A DNA stretch of 64,000 nt from an uncultured archaeon (GCA_964473825.1 CAYYQL010000003.1:76992-140991), one strand, 5' to 3'; counted from the stretch's first letter, positions 29,311-39,257 are shown. Notes: generated by a model not told the origin, from the sequence alone. Numbers and translations are program-made.

Positions 29311-30273
29311 ATGACTCTCGAGAATATACTCTACAATGACCACATCAAGTTTGTCCTTTCGGGAGGAAAGGGAGGCGTCGGAAAGACCAGCTGCGCCGGC
29401 GCAATGGCGCTCATATCTGCAAATCGGGGCTTGCGAACTCTGGTACTATCAACGGATCCTGCTCATAGTCTCAGCGACAGCTTCAATCAAGACCTTACTG
29501 GTGGCGAGATGATTCCTATCAAGGGAGTCGATAACTTGTGGGGGATGGAACTAGACACTGAGAAGGGCATGAAGGAATTCCAAGAGAACCTCGGCTCATA
29601 TGGTGCAGGCCCTGAAGTGGAGATGGCAACTCAATTCATGGGTGGGATGGAGAGTATGGCCCCCCCTGGATCTGATGAGGCCATGGCATTCGGGAAGATA
29701 CTCGAGTTCATGGGTGATACGAGCTTCGATCGAGTGATATTTGACACGGCTCCTACAGGACATACGCTGAAGCTGCTTGAGCTTCCTGAGGTATTAGACA
29801 GTTGGTTGGGTAAGATTCTGACCTTACGACAAAGACTCAGCTCGATGGTCGCAGGCCTCAGAGGCATGTTCGGTGGTGGAGAGGAGGAGGATACCTCTTG
29901 GGAGATGTTGAAGCAGACGAAAGAGAAAATACGTCTTGCCAGGGTTGAGCTTGCAAATCCTGAGATGACTCAATTCGTAGTAGTCATGATTCCTGAGGCA
30001 ATGGCCGTCTTTGAGACCCAACGTCTCCTGGCAAGTCTTCATACTTGGGACATCCCTGCAAACAACATGATAGTGAATCAACTGATCCCTCCAAATCCGG
30101 ATTGTCCGTTCTGCTCTTCTAGGAGAGAGATGCAACAAGAGAATCTCAAGGACATTCGCGACATCTATGCCGATTTGGACATCACAGAGGTCCCCCTCTT
30201 TGCGGGTGAAATCCGGGGAATCGATGGCCTTAGAAGTCTCGGAAAGATATTGATTAACGATTTGGAGGAATAA
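29311..30273 (+). CDS. ArsA/Get3-family ATPase with CxxC motif
   Basis: P-loop GGKGGVGKT, a switch region, and CPFC (Get3-type zinc-coordinating CxxC). Confidence 0.75.
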   Translation: MTLENILYNDHIKFVLSGGKGGVGKTSCAGAMALISANRGLRTLVLSTDPAHSLSDSFNQDLTGGEMIPIKGVDNLWGMELDTEKGMKEFQENLGSYGAGPEVEMATQFMGGMESMAPPGSDEAMAFGKILEFMGDTSFDRVIFDTAPTGHTLKLLELPEVLDSWLGKILTLRQRLSSMVAGLRGMFGGGEEEDTSWEMLKQTKEKIRLARVELANPEMTQFVVVMIPEAMAVFETQRLLASLHTWDIPANNMIVNQLIPPNPDCPFCSSRREMQQENLKDIRDIYADLDITEVPLFAGEIRGIDGLRSLGKILINDLEE

Positions 30274-30276
30274 ACT

Positions 30277-30375
30277 GTGCGAGCCGCAACAAAGCGGAAA
30301 ATTGCTTCGATTCTGCTTGTAATCCTATTCTTGGTTTCTATCGTAGCCGCTCTGTATACGATGTACAAGGGTTAG
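30277..30375 (+). CDS. candidate 32-aa C-terminally anchored miniprotein (GTG start, GGAGG 8 nt upstream)
   Basis: Unlisted ORF MRAATKRKIASILLVILFLVSIVAALYTMYKG sitting 4 nt after the arsA/get3 stop. Confidence 0.25.
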   Translation: MRAATKRKIASILLVILFLVSIVAALYTMYKG

Positions 30376-30386
30376 AAGAGAACTCA

Positions 30387-30530
30387 CTAGTTGCTCTTTA
30401 CCCGCTTGACTACAGGAGGGCGAACCTTGTAGAGTATTCTTCCTCCGCAAAACGGGCACTTAACGCCCGGCAGGGTCTTGAGATCTTCTGGAGTAACTTC
30501 GTGTTTGCAGTTGTGACATATGTATACCAT
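30387..30530 (-). CDS. rpoP: DNA-directed RNA polymerase subunit P (Rpo12/RpoP)
   Basis: MVYICHNC...KCPFCGGRILYK zinc ribbon, 47 aa, taken from an internal Met of the track ORF 30387..30590. Confidence 0.65.
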   Translation of the reverse strand: MVYICHNCKHEVTPEDLKTLPGVKCPFCGGRILYKVRPPVVKRVKSN

Positions 30531-30602
30531 GATGACCCGCCTCGTCTGTTCAGATTTTGAGTTGCACATATGAAGCTTTGCTTTGGGCATTGGAGCTCTC
30601 CA

Positions 30603-32186
30603 TTAGTCTTGGCTGATAACTACTCCCTTCACTAGGCCCGCGCTTATGATCTCTTCAATCTTAACTCGGACTAGAGTCCCGGGTGAGTAGCCCCCGCTGA
30701 CAGTCATGAGGGGTCCATCTCTCAACGGATAAACCATAGTGTAGCCATGGTGGTTGAACGAGGGTTCAGCAGCAATGCCTCTGATAGTTTTGCCTACGTA
30801 GTCTTTCTTCTTCTGATAGTTAATCTCCTCTGCAACTCTTCTGAGTCGTTTTCCTATCGGGTCACTTTCGGATGCACTTGGGAACTCTTCAAAGGCGGAA
30901 CCCGGCAAGGCCCTGAAGCCGTAGAGAATGATTCTCTCTGCCCCAGCCTTACTCAATTCCCTCATCATGTGCTCGGAATCTCTCACCGTTTTCTCGTTTT
31001 CACCTGGCAATCCATAGATGAAGTAGACGTAGGGATGCATCTTGTATTTCACAGCTGTTCGGACCGCACCCAGGACATCAGCTGGCTCCCCACATTTTCC
31101 AATCTGTTCTGCGTGTTCCGCCGAGCCCGTTTCAATGCCAATATTGGGGGATATATGCGATAGCACCCCGGATATTCTTCGTGCAACTCGCTCAGAGAAA
31201 AGGCAGGCCTTCATGTTCTCAATACTGATGTGACAATCCCCATCCGAAACCTCGGGAATCTCTACTAGGGTTTTCAGCAGGTCGCTGATTGCATCGATAT
31301 TGGCTGGCGGTTCGCACGGATTCGTCACTGGATATAATCCTCGTGAATAGTCCAGGAAATCGGGAGATTCCAATACGATTCTGTGCACTCCGAGTTCAAC
31401 GAGCTCCCTGACCTCCGCCACCACGCTCTCTCTAGGTCTGCTCCGCGGTGGCCCCCATATATTCGGGACACTGCAGAAGCCGCAACCGGGAGGAATTCCT
31501 TCAGGACAGCTTTGCCGAGAGGCACTCTCAGAGAAGTCACAGTTTCCGCAATGGCTGCATTCTCGCCCATCAGGAAGTGCGATTTTGGTTCTGTTGAAGT
31601 TGGAACACCCTCGTACCGTTTCTACGTAGACTCTGCTAGCCTGATAAGACTTGTAATCTATGACGCGTAATGTGGAGGGCGGAAACTCCCTCCACAGCAC
31701 ATCTTCGGGTATGTGTATTCTCTCTCCTGTAAATATGGGGTTGTTGCCTTCGAGGTACGCAACACCTCTGATTTCCGTCAGGTCTATCTCATCATGAAGC
31801 ATGCCCCTATCCACCAGCTGGGCAAGTGTTTCTTCACCTTCACCAACAACCAGCACATCCGGCCTGCACTCTTGAAGTGTGTTCCGCCAATCAGTGGCAA
31901 TGGGTCCACCGAGTAGTACTTTTCCATTCGGCCTTGCATGTTTCCATATCGCAACGAATCTGCTAATGACCGGCAGATCCATGTTCATGCCACTAATCGC
32001 ACAGTGACTGTATCCTTTCAGAATTCTCTTCGCAGTGAGAATCTCCTCAATCCTGTGAATCCGACATGATATGTCAGCTCTCTCGAAAACGCCTGCTATG
32101 GCACGCGGCCCACAGCCGATGGAATCCCGTGAGCTGCTCCTTGTTCCGTGGCCAGCACTTAGCGCGTCAACGATGACTACTGACAT
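30603..32186 (-). CDS. radical SAM protein with an MTTase/B12-like N-domain and a C-terminal TRAM-like domain
   Basis: Cys cluster ...CPEGIPPGCGFCSV, an additional Cys-rich insert, and a C-terminal beta-barrel (TRAM-like) segment. Confidence 0.5.
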   Translation of the reverse strand: MSVVIVDALSAGHGTRSSSRDSIGCGPRAIAGVFERADISCRIHRIEEILTAKRILKGYSHCAISGMNMDLPVISRFVAIWKHARPNGKVLLGGPIATDWRNTLQECRPDVLVVGEGEETLAQLVDRGMLHDEIDLTEIRGVAYLEGNNPIFTGERIHIPEDVLWREFPPSTLRVIDYKSYQASRVYVETVRGCSNFNRTKIALPDGRECSHCGNCDFSESASRQSCPEGIPPGCGFCSVPNIWGPPRSRPRESVVAEVRELVELGVHRIVLESPDFLDYSRGLYPVTNPCEPPANIDAISDLLKTLVEIPEVSDGDCHISIENMKACLFSERVARRISGVLSHISPNIGIETGSAEHAEQIGKCGEPADVLGAVRTAVKYKMHPYVYFIYGLPGENEKTVRDSEHMMRELSKAGAERIILYGFRALPGSAFEEFPSASESDPIGKRLRRVAEEINYQKKKDYVGKTIRGIAAEPSFNHHGYTMVYPLRDGPLMTVSGGYSPGTLVRVKIEEIISAGLVKGVVISQD

Positions 32187-32324
32187 TCTATTGAAAGAAG
32201 CTCAGCTTACTCCTCTTTACTCTTGTCAATGTCCTCTCTCTTCCCCCGCAGTTGCACTTATATGGCACTCTCACATCTATGGGTCTATCAACTTCAAGAA
32301 AAAATACATTTCAGGAGTCAGTAA

Positions 32325-32666
32325 ACTCTGTCCGATGAAGGTGGAATTTGTCCCAATTGCGGTCTCCCTACAGATCTGTGCGTGTGTGAGACCATAGCGC
32401 AAGAAGAAGCTCGAATAACCGTGACTGTCGAACGAAGAAAGTGGGGGAGAATGACCACTGTTGTCGAAGGCTTTGATAAAAATATAGACCTTGGTGATAT
32501 GGCCACGAAGCTGAAAAGCAAGCTTGCGTGCGGCGGTGCCGCGAAGCGTGGACATGTGGAACTCCAAGGCGACCATCGCGGTGTGATTGTTGATGTTCTT
32601 TCCAAGATGGGTTTCCCTGAGGAGTCAATCAATGTCGACTGGTCATTCAAGGGTGGACGAAGATAG
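32325..32666 (+). CDS. sui1: translation initiation factor SUI1 (aSUI1/eIF1); start codon unresolved
   Basis: GICPNCGLPTDLCVCE zinc ribbon followed by ..TTVVEGF...ELQGDHRG... The frame has no ATG/GTG/TTG upstream of the ribbon. Confidence 0.75.
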   Translation, partial: TLSDEGGICPNCGLPTDLCVCETIAQEEARITVTVERRKWGRMTTVVEGFDKNIDLGDMATKLKSKLACGGAAKRGHVELQGDHRGVIVDVLSKMGFPEESINVDWSFKGGRR

Positions 32667-32733
32667 GGCCAATCATGAAGATTCGTTGTTCAAAGACCTA
32701 GGTGTTCTAGCAGAGGCTGTGGCAACTATCTTG

Positions 32734-33702
32734 CTATCTTCCAGTCGATTTCGCATCGATTTCGAGTACTTCAACGATCTCCTTGTAGCGATTCCTCACA
32801 GTAACCTCTGTGACACGGGCCACTTCGGCAATCTCTCGTTGTGTCTTTCTTTCATCGAGCATTATTGAGGCAACATAGATTGCAGCTGCAGCAAGGCCAA
32901 GCGGATCTCTTCCAATTGTCAGTCCCTTCTCGCGGCTCTGCTGGAGTATTTCTACAGTTCTCAGTTGTACAGGACTTGATAGATCCAGTTGGGACGCAAA
33001 CCGGGAGATGTAGTCAATAGGATTGGACAGAGGTATCTTAACATTCAAGCTTCTCAACAGCAGACGATAACACTGTCCGAGTTTCTTCTTGTCGATTCTT
33101 GAAACATCGGCAACCTCGTCAAGAGGTCGGGGTTTGATTCGCATCCGACAAGCGGCATATAGGGTAGCTGCAACCATGGCCTCGATTGAGCGTCCTCTGA
33201 CAAGTTTCTTGATGATAGATTTTCTATAGAGTACGGCTGCAAGCTCCCTGATTGGTTTCGGAATGCCAAGTTGGGATGATAGCCTCTCCAACTCCGACAT
33301 TGCCTGAGCTAGGTTTCTGTCCATTGAGCTATGCACGCGTGAACGTATCTGCCATTTCCTCAGCCTGTAAACCTCAGATCTCCGTCGGGGGCTCAACTTC
33401 CTACCCGAAGTATCTCTGTCCCTCCAATCAATTACTGTGGAGAGACCCTTATCGTGAACGGTGTACCTCATAGGGGAACCGACGCGACTTCTTGCCTCTG
33501 CCTCTTCAGCGGTGAAGGATCTCCACTCAGCACCAGAATCAATGTGATGATCTGATAGAACAAGGCCACATCCCCCACATACTCTCTCACCACGAGCGAG
33601 GTCTTCAACGACAAGCTCAGAAGCGCACTCCGGGCAAACGGTCTTTTCTGTTGGCTCAGGAATACCTTCTTTCTCAGTGGAATAGCCATGTACGCTCTTC
33701 AC
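32734..33702 (-). CDS. tfb: transcription initiation factor IIB (TFB)
   Basis: N-terminal zinc ribbon CPEC...CGGCG, a B-reader, and two cyclin repeats. Confidence 0.9.
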   Translation of the reverse strand: MKSVHGYSTEKEGIPEPTEKTVCPECASELVVEDLARGERVCGGCGLVLSDHHIDSGAEWRSFTAEEAEARSRVGSPMRYTVHDKGLSTVIDWRDRDTSGRKLSPRRRSEVYRLRKWQIRSRVHSSMDRNLAQAMSELERLSSQLGIPKPIRELAAVLYRKSIIKKLVRGRSIEAMVAATLYAACRMRIKPRPLDEVADVSRIDKKKLGQCYRLLLRSLNVKIPLSNPIDYISRFASQLDLSSPVQLRTVEILQQSREKGLTIGRDPLGLAAAAIYVASIMLDERKTQREIAEVARVTEVTVRNRYKEIVEVLEIDAKSTGR

Positions 33703-33917
33703 ACAAATCTCCCCTAGAGTGTGAATGAGATGTTGGAACTGCAGAATGTCAAGGCAGAATCAAGGTATCTATGCAGCTCCCATTACTCAACTTAACACAG
33801 GCGAAAGAACGCTTTTAACGGTTGCGAAGGACGGTTTCCTAATGGACATTCTGCCCATCCTAGAGAAACTCGCTCCGATTTCTTGGACACTCTCGGTATT
33901 CCTTTTTCGGAACTGAA

Positions 33918-34871
33918 CTATGTTGTCTGCTCGTAGCCATCCTCGGTCACAATCACTGTGTGCTCATGTTGAGAAACAAGCTCTTCCTTGTCTTCAGCAA
34001 GGATGTTGTGCGCTATCAGAGCACCATTCTGTCGAAGCTCACGGATAGCCATTTTGAGTTCGGCGTTCTTCATCTCCTTTGCTACCCATCTCTCTGCAAA
34101 AGGAAACTCCTGATACTTGCGTCGAGCAATGGCGAGAAACTTCTTTGAACCGCGAAATCTCACTGGGACTCTGATTGGAAGTAGCTGGTAGATCAATGGA
34201 TTTGGAAGATCGCTGACGTTACCCGAACCTGTACTGGCGAAGGTCTCAATCGCATAGACTTCTCCTGCTTCAACCAGCACCTCTGATTTGCCGGACACAC
34301 AGGGCACTTGCTTATCTGAGTGAAGTTCGTACTCTTGGAGCTGATGTCCTGATAGTTGCTTTACTGGCTGGAAACCTGCACTCTGAATGGTGTCTTCAAT
34401 CAATGCACCGATGGTGTTCAGCTTGGCACCGGGCCGCATCATCTTGATCGCCACAGTGGTTGCATCTTCTGCAGCCTTAACAAGGTCTTGATGGTCTGGA
34501 TTGAGAGCAACAGTGAAGGCGCTATCAGAAATACAACCGTCAATATGTGCGCCACAGTCGATTGTTACCAGATCCCCTTCCTGAATTACTGTTTCATCAT
34601 CTAATGGCGAGGTATAGTGTGCTGCCACATGATTTAGAGCCACATTGCACGGAAATGCGATTCCTGTAGCGCTTTCCAAGATATGCTTTTCAACGGCTTC
34701 AACAATATCTAAGACCTTAACATCGGGCTCAACCATCCTCCGGGCAATATCAAGCGCATCCTTTGCCACAATCCCTGCTCTCCGCCACTTCTCCCACTCA
34801 TCCTCCGGCTCTTCGTTCTCGGTGGTCTTTTCTTTTGTTTCGGATGATTCTTTATCTGACACCACTATCAC
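33918..34871 (-). CDS. map: methionine aminopeptidase, type II
   Basis: Pita-bread-fold motifs (..DCGAHIDGCISD..) and a typical archaeal MetAP2 length. Confidence 0.8.
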   Translation of the reverse strand: MIVVSDKESSETKEKTTENEEPEDEWEKWRRAGIVAKDALDIARRMVEPDVKVLDIVEAVEKHILESATGIAFPCNVALNHVAAHYTSPLDDETVIQEGDLVTIDCGAHIDGCISDSAFTVALNPDHQDLVKAAEDATTVAIKMMRPGAKLNTIGALIEDTIQSAGFQPVKQLSGHQLQEYELHSDKQVPCVSGKSEVLVEAGEVYAIETFASTGSGNVSDLPNPLIYQLLPIRVPVRFRGSKKFLAIARRKYQEFPFAERWVAKEMKNAELKMAIRELRQNGALIAHNILAEDKEELVSQHEHTVIVTEDGYEQTT

Positions 34872-34931
34872 CTATGCTACTGTTTCATCTCGATAGAAGC
34901 CTAATATCACATAAAACTGACGGAAAGACAC

Positions 34932-35357
34932 TTACAGCACGCTTGCTATTCTCGTAGCAATGCGGCTCATCATAAAGAACAAGTACCCTATATTTGCGCG
35001 TTTGTTGGTGAGAACGGCCAGTAATGCATCCTCTCCTGCATTACAAATCACCACATAACCGTCGTCACCCTCGACAAGCATGCGAACCAGCTCTCCGCGT
35101 TTTAGCTCACCGAAGACCTTCCGTGTGGACATGTCTATCTGTGTTGCACGACCAGCAATCACATCCTCCTCTGGAACCATGCCCTTGTCAGTCCCTGAGG
35201 GATAGTGGGATTGTATCGTAAGCCCCTGTGATTTTGAGATTATCATGCTGGCCTCTATGTTCCCTTGGGAGGCTCGGCTTAGGTCCTCAAGAAGTTCATT
35301 CAGCATTTCAGTCTTGCTTGACAATGTGCTTTCCTCCCTTGGGTATCGTTCTGTCAA
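34932..35357 (-). CDS. roadblock/LC7 (MglB-like) domain protein
   Basis: 141 aa, alpha-beta-alpha roadblock-like pattern (...DGYVVICNAGEDALLAVL...). Confidence 0.5.
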   Translation of the reverse strand: MTERYPREESTLSSKTEMLNELLEDLSRASQGNIEASMIISKSQGLTIQSHYPSGTDKGMVPEEDVIAGRATQIDMSTRKVFGELKRGELVRMLVEGDDGYVVICNAGEDALLAVLTNKRANIGYLFFMMSRIATRIASVL

Positions 35358-35374
35358 TGACCAAGCTCGGATAT

Positions 35375-36148
35375 TTAAACTCTCTTGGAACCCGCATCCT
35401 TCAGTGCTTTGATGATTTCGGCAAGCCCCTTTCCATCATCCTTTGGAACCTGCTCCTCTATATAGGTGCCCTGAACGACAATTGACGCTCCTGAATCTAT
35501 GGCGCCAGCAACCGCTGCTGGGTCGTTGAACCCTCCACCCGTAATGACTGGGATATCCACAAACTGAGATACCGTGCTGATGATTTCCGAGGGCACACCG
35601 CCCCCTTCTGCGCCGCTTCCCCCCTCCAAGTAGACCAACTTGAAGCCCATGAACTGGGCTGCTAGCGCATACATCAGGACAATCTTCGGCTTGTCTCTTG
35701 GAAAGACCTTTGCGTCACCGACCCATGCTGCGGTCTTTCCGGGTGCAATCAATAGATATCCCATTGGGATGGTCTCTATGCCGGAGAGTCGAACCTTTCC
35801 CGCCCCTAAAGCCTGCGCCCCAATAATCCAATAGGGGTTTGTGCTATTCAGCAGACTCATGAAGAACATAGCATCCGCGTGTTCGGAAACGCCTGTGATG
35901 TTACCTGGAAATAGAATGGTGGGAATCTCAACCGCTTCTGTGATGGCTCTTACAGAATCGTCAATCACGCCGAAGATCGTACTACCTCCGATCATGATGG
36001 CATCTGTGCCTGCCTTCTCGGAGAGCTGTGCCAATTCAACAACCGTTTCTGTGGTCATCTTCAATGGATCCGGATCCAAGAGGGAGAAATGAAGTGCGCC
36101 CTCTCTGTCGATCTTGTTTCTGATGTACTTCCACACCTTTCCGGTCAT
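35375..36148 (-). CDS. geranylgeranylglyceryl phosphate synthase (GGGPS/PcrB family)
   Basis: LLDPD, IMIGGS and GGG TIM-barrel motifs. Confidence 0.8.
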   Translation of the reverse strand: MTGKVWKYIRNKIDREGALHFSLLDPDPLKMTTETVVELAQLSEKAGTDAIMIGGSTIFGVIDDSVRAITEAVEIPTILFPGNITGVSEHADAMFFMSLLNSTNPYWIIGAQALGAGKVRLSGIETIPMGYLLIAPGKTAAWVGDAKVFPRDKPKIVLMYALAAQFMGFKLVYLEGGSGAEGGGVPSEIISTVSQFVDIPVITGGGFNDPAAVAGAIDSGASIVVQGTYIEEQVPKDDGKGLAEIIKALKDAGSKRV

Positions 36149-36313
36149 GACATCTTCTCCGTGGGCTGAAGGCTTCGCCTTTATCGTTGCTTTTTATCGT
36201 TTTGGTGAGATAGTTGAGAGTTTTCGACTAATCGCGAAAGGAACGGCATGATTCAATCCTTCTTCTGTGAGCCTGAACACCCGACTGCGAGAGGCTGGGA
36301 CCTGAATTTCTAG

Positions 36314-36931
36314 TCAGGTTTTTGGAGTCATCCTTCCAGTCCGCTTCATGTATTCTCTGTACTCATCACCAAACTGATCCAGAAGCATCTCTTCCTCCCT
36401 CTTCGCGATGGAGTAGTACGCAGGTATCCCGAATAGCATGACTGTGGTCACTATGGATGGAATTAAGAGAAAGAGCCCCATGAAGCAGATGGCATAAGAA
36501 GTGTAAGAGGGATGTCTGACCCACCGATATGGTCCATTCGTAATCAGAACGTGCTCCTGACTCATCGCCCATGAAGATGCCATGTCGTTTCTTACCCACC
36601 GGGACCAAGCATGGATTGGAATTCCCACCACAATGAGAAACAATCCCGCCAGCCAAATTGCTGGGAGAGGATTGAAGAGCGGAATCAATGCCAATAGGAT
36701 GCCCCTGCCAAGCACGCCCACCCATTCTAGAGTCAGCATCAATACCAAGGCAAATGATAGTAGGGTACTGATCATTGCCGCAATCATCGGTAGAGAGCCT
36801 ACTGTGTAATCAGATTGTTGTAGGTTCACCTCATCACGCCGTACCTTCTTCCAGTCAAGGTAGACATGCATAAGGACATCTCCTAACGCGAGAAACGATA
36901 TCAAAGGACCAACAAGATTGATGTCTAACAT
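36314..36931 (-). CDS. isoprenylcysteine carboxyl methyltransferase-family (ICMT/PEMT-like) membrane methyltransferase
   Basis: GPYRWVRHPSYT motif and multiple TM helices. Confidence 0.6.
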   Translation of the reverse strand: MLDINLVGPLISFLALGDVLMHVYLDWKKVRRDEVNLQQSDYTVGSLPMIAAMISTLLSFALVLMLTLEWVGVLGRGILLALIPLFNPLPAIWLAGLFLIVVGIPIHAWSRWVRNDMASSWAMSQEHVLITNGPYRWVRHPSYTSYAICFMGLFLLIPSIVTTVMLFGIPAYYSIAKREEEMLLDQFGDEYREYMKRTGRMTPKT

Positions 36932-37226
36932 GTGGTTACAATAGCCTTGGGGCTTTTGAGGCTTGCATTCTTAGCAGAGCAAGCACATCCTGCCCATCCG
37001 AGTCTTCGTGGGATAAGAAGTGCTGCTAAACCCATATTCTGGTCTTGTATGCCTCAGACTATTCACCTGAATCCTTCAGTTGATAACTATAGCACAACCT
37101 GTGCTTCGGCATAATCCGCAACGCTTTATTACCTCAATCCCAGTCTTCGCAAGACGTATCGCCAACTGGCCGACGGCTGCAAATCACAATGCGCCAAAGC
37201 TAGAGGGTGTATCCGAGGAGAACAAA

Positions 37227-39188
37227 ATGCCTGAATCAAGAATCGGCGTCTTCCTGTGCCATTGTGGCAGTAACATAGCAGGCGTCGTGGACATACCCAC
37301 CGTGATGGAAGAAGTCAAGACTATTCCTGATGTTGTTCATGTTGAAGATTACAAATACGTGTGTTCCAAGCCAGGCCAACAGATTGTCAAAGACAAAATC
37401 AAAGAACACAAACTGAACCGCATTGTGATTGGGGCATGCTCCCCAAGAATGCATGAACTGACTTTCAGACAGACAATGCGTGAGGGCGGTCTCAACCCCT
37501 TCCTTCTAGAGATTGCCAATCTCCGTGAACACGACAGTTGGATTCATTCGAATGACCCCGAGGCCGCCACCGAAAAGGCGGTCGATCTGGTTCGTATGGC
37601 CGTGGCTCGTGCTAGACTTCTGGAACCTCTTGAGGAATCTGAGGTCGATATCAGGAAGTCAACACTGATAATCGGAGCAGGAATAGCTGGGATCTCGGCG
37701 GCACTGGACTTGGCAGATGCTGGTTTCAAGGTATATCTTGTGGAGAGAGAACCGAGCATAGGCGGAAAGATGGCACGACACGATAAGACATTTCCAACTC
37801 TTGATTGTTCAAGCTGTATCCTCACGCCCAGAATGGCTGAGGCTGGAGCTCACCCAAATATTGAGATTCTAACAATGGCCGAAGTTGAAAATGTCGACGG
37901 TTATGTTGGGAATTTCGAGGTCACTGTCAAACAGAAGCCGAGATACGTTATAGAAGACAAATGCACCTCCTGTGGCGATTGCTCTGACGTATGCCCCGTT
38001 GACATTCCTGCTGAGTTTGACGCTAATCTCACGTATCGTAAGGCAATCTACATCCCATTTGCTCAGGCTGTGCCTTCGGCTTATCTGCTCGATATGAACA
38101 GCTGCCTTGGCGTGGATGCAGTTCGTTGCGGCAAATGCAAGGATGCATGTGAGGCTGAAGCAATCAACTATGATGATTCTCTCAGTATCATCAAGTTAGA
38201 AGTGGGAACTATTATTGTTGCAACAGGTTTCGACATCTTTGATGCAACCCAGAAGGAGGAGTATGGATACGGCGAGTTTGCAAACGTTGTGAACATCATG
38301 GAGATGGAGCGCATGTTGAGTGCTGCTGGTCCCACCGAAGGTCATGTAGTTCGCCCCTCCGATTCTCAGGAGCCGAAGAAAATAGTCTACATCCAGTGCG
38401 TCGGCAGCCGAGATGAAAAGACGAACAAGTATTGCTCCCGAATCTGTTGCATGACAGCTATCAAGCAGGCACGAATGATACGTGACAAGACAGGGGCGCA
38501 GATTTATCTCTTCTATATTGACCTCAGGACCTTCGGCAAAGGCTATGAAGAGTTCTATGAAGAAACTGCCTCGGCGGGTGTAACTTTCATTCGAGGCAGG
38601 GTTGGTGAGATTATCGAACAGGCCGATCACGGCTTGGTCGTAAGAGGAGAAGACACCTTACTTGGCAAACCCATCCAGCTTGAGGATGTTGATCTTGTTG
38701 TTCTCTCGACTGGAGTTGTCCCGTCGCAGGGGGCCAAGAGCATCGCGAAGATTCTCAATCTCAGCCAATCGCCTGATGGATTTCTGATGGAGGCACATCC
38801 CAAACTTAGACCAGTAGACAGCTTCAATGATGGTATCTTTGTTGCTGGCATGGCTCAAGGCCCAAAGGACATCCCTGATACCGTTGCACAAGCGAAGGCT
38901 GCATCCTCGGGAGCGATGTCTCTTATGGGCAAGGGCCGGATTACCGTTGAACCCTACTACACCATTGTGGATGAGGACAAGTGTGCGGGTTGTAGGGTCT
39001 GTGTTTCTGTGTGTCCTTACAACGCAGTGACCATAAACGAGCGAGGAATGGCGAATGTCAACCCAGCTCTCTGCAAGGGGTGTGGTACCTGCACGTCTAC
39101 ATGTCCAAGCGGGGCAATGAAATCACAGCACTATACTGACGGCCAGATATCTGCAATGATAAAGGAGTATCTGTCGGTCCATGAATAA
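37227..39188 (+). CDS. hdrA: HdrA-like FAD/Fe-S flavoprotein (heterodisulfide reductase subunit A family)
   Basis: N-terminal CHCGSNIAG, FAD motif GAGIAGISAA, inserted ferredoxin CTSCGDCSDVCP...CGKCKDAC, and C-terminal 2x[4Fe-4S] CAGCRVCVSVCP...CKGCGTCTSTCP. The start was taken at an internal ATG of the track ORF at 37080. Confidence 0.75.
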   Translation: MPESRIGVFLCHCGSNIAGVVDIPTVMEEVKTIPDVVHVEDYKYVCSKPGQQIVKDKIKEHKLNRIVIGACSPRMHELTFRQTMREGGLNPFLLEIANLREHDSWIHSNDPEAATEKAVDLVRMAVARARLLEPLEESEVDIRKSTLIIGAGIAGISAALDLADAGFKVYLVEREPSIGGKMARHDKTFPTLDCSSCILTPRMAEAGAHPNIEILTMAEVENVDGYVGNFEVTVKQKPRYVIEDKCTSCGDCSDVCPVDIPAEFDANLTYRKAIYIPFAQAVPSAYLLDMNSCLGVDAVRCGKCKDACEAEAINYDDSLSIIKLEVGTIIVATGFDIFDATQKEEYGYGEFANVVNIMEMERMLSAAGPTEGHVVRPSDSQEPKKIVYIQCVGSRDEKTNKYCSRICCMTAIKQARMIRDKTGAQIYLFYIDLRTFGKGYEEFYEETASAGVTFIRGRVGEIIEQADHGLVVRGEDTLLGKPIQLEDVDLVVLSTGVVPSQGAKSIAKILNLSQSPDGFLMEAHPKLRPVDSFNDGIFVAGMAQGPKDIPDTVAQAKAASSGAMSLMGKGRITVEPYYTIVDEDKCAGCRVCVSVCPYNAVTINERGMANVNPALCKGCGTCTSTCPSGAMKSQHYTDGQISAMIKEYLSVHE

Positions 39189-39257
39189 GGGATGCTTCTG
39201 TCCTCTCAGTCACCTATGTCAATCGACGCATGAGTCCCCCTTGGAGCGATGTGAGAA

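Noticed and set aside
37080-37226. N-terminal 49-aa extension of the HdrA-like ORF (track start 37080)
   Set aside because: The extension has no conservation or motif. An ATG at 37227 with the conserved MPESRIGVFLCHCGSNIAG N-terminus is the likely start.
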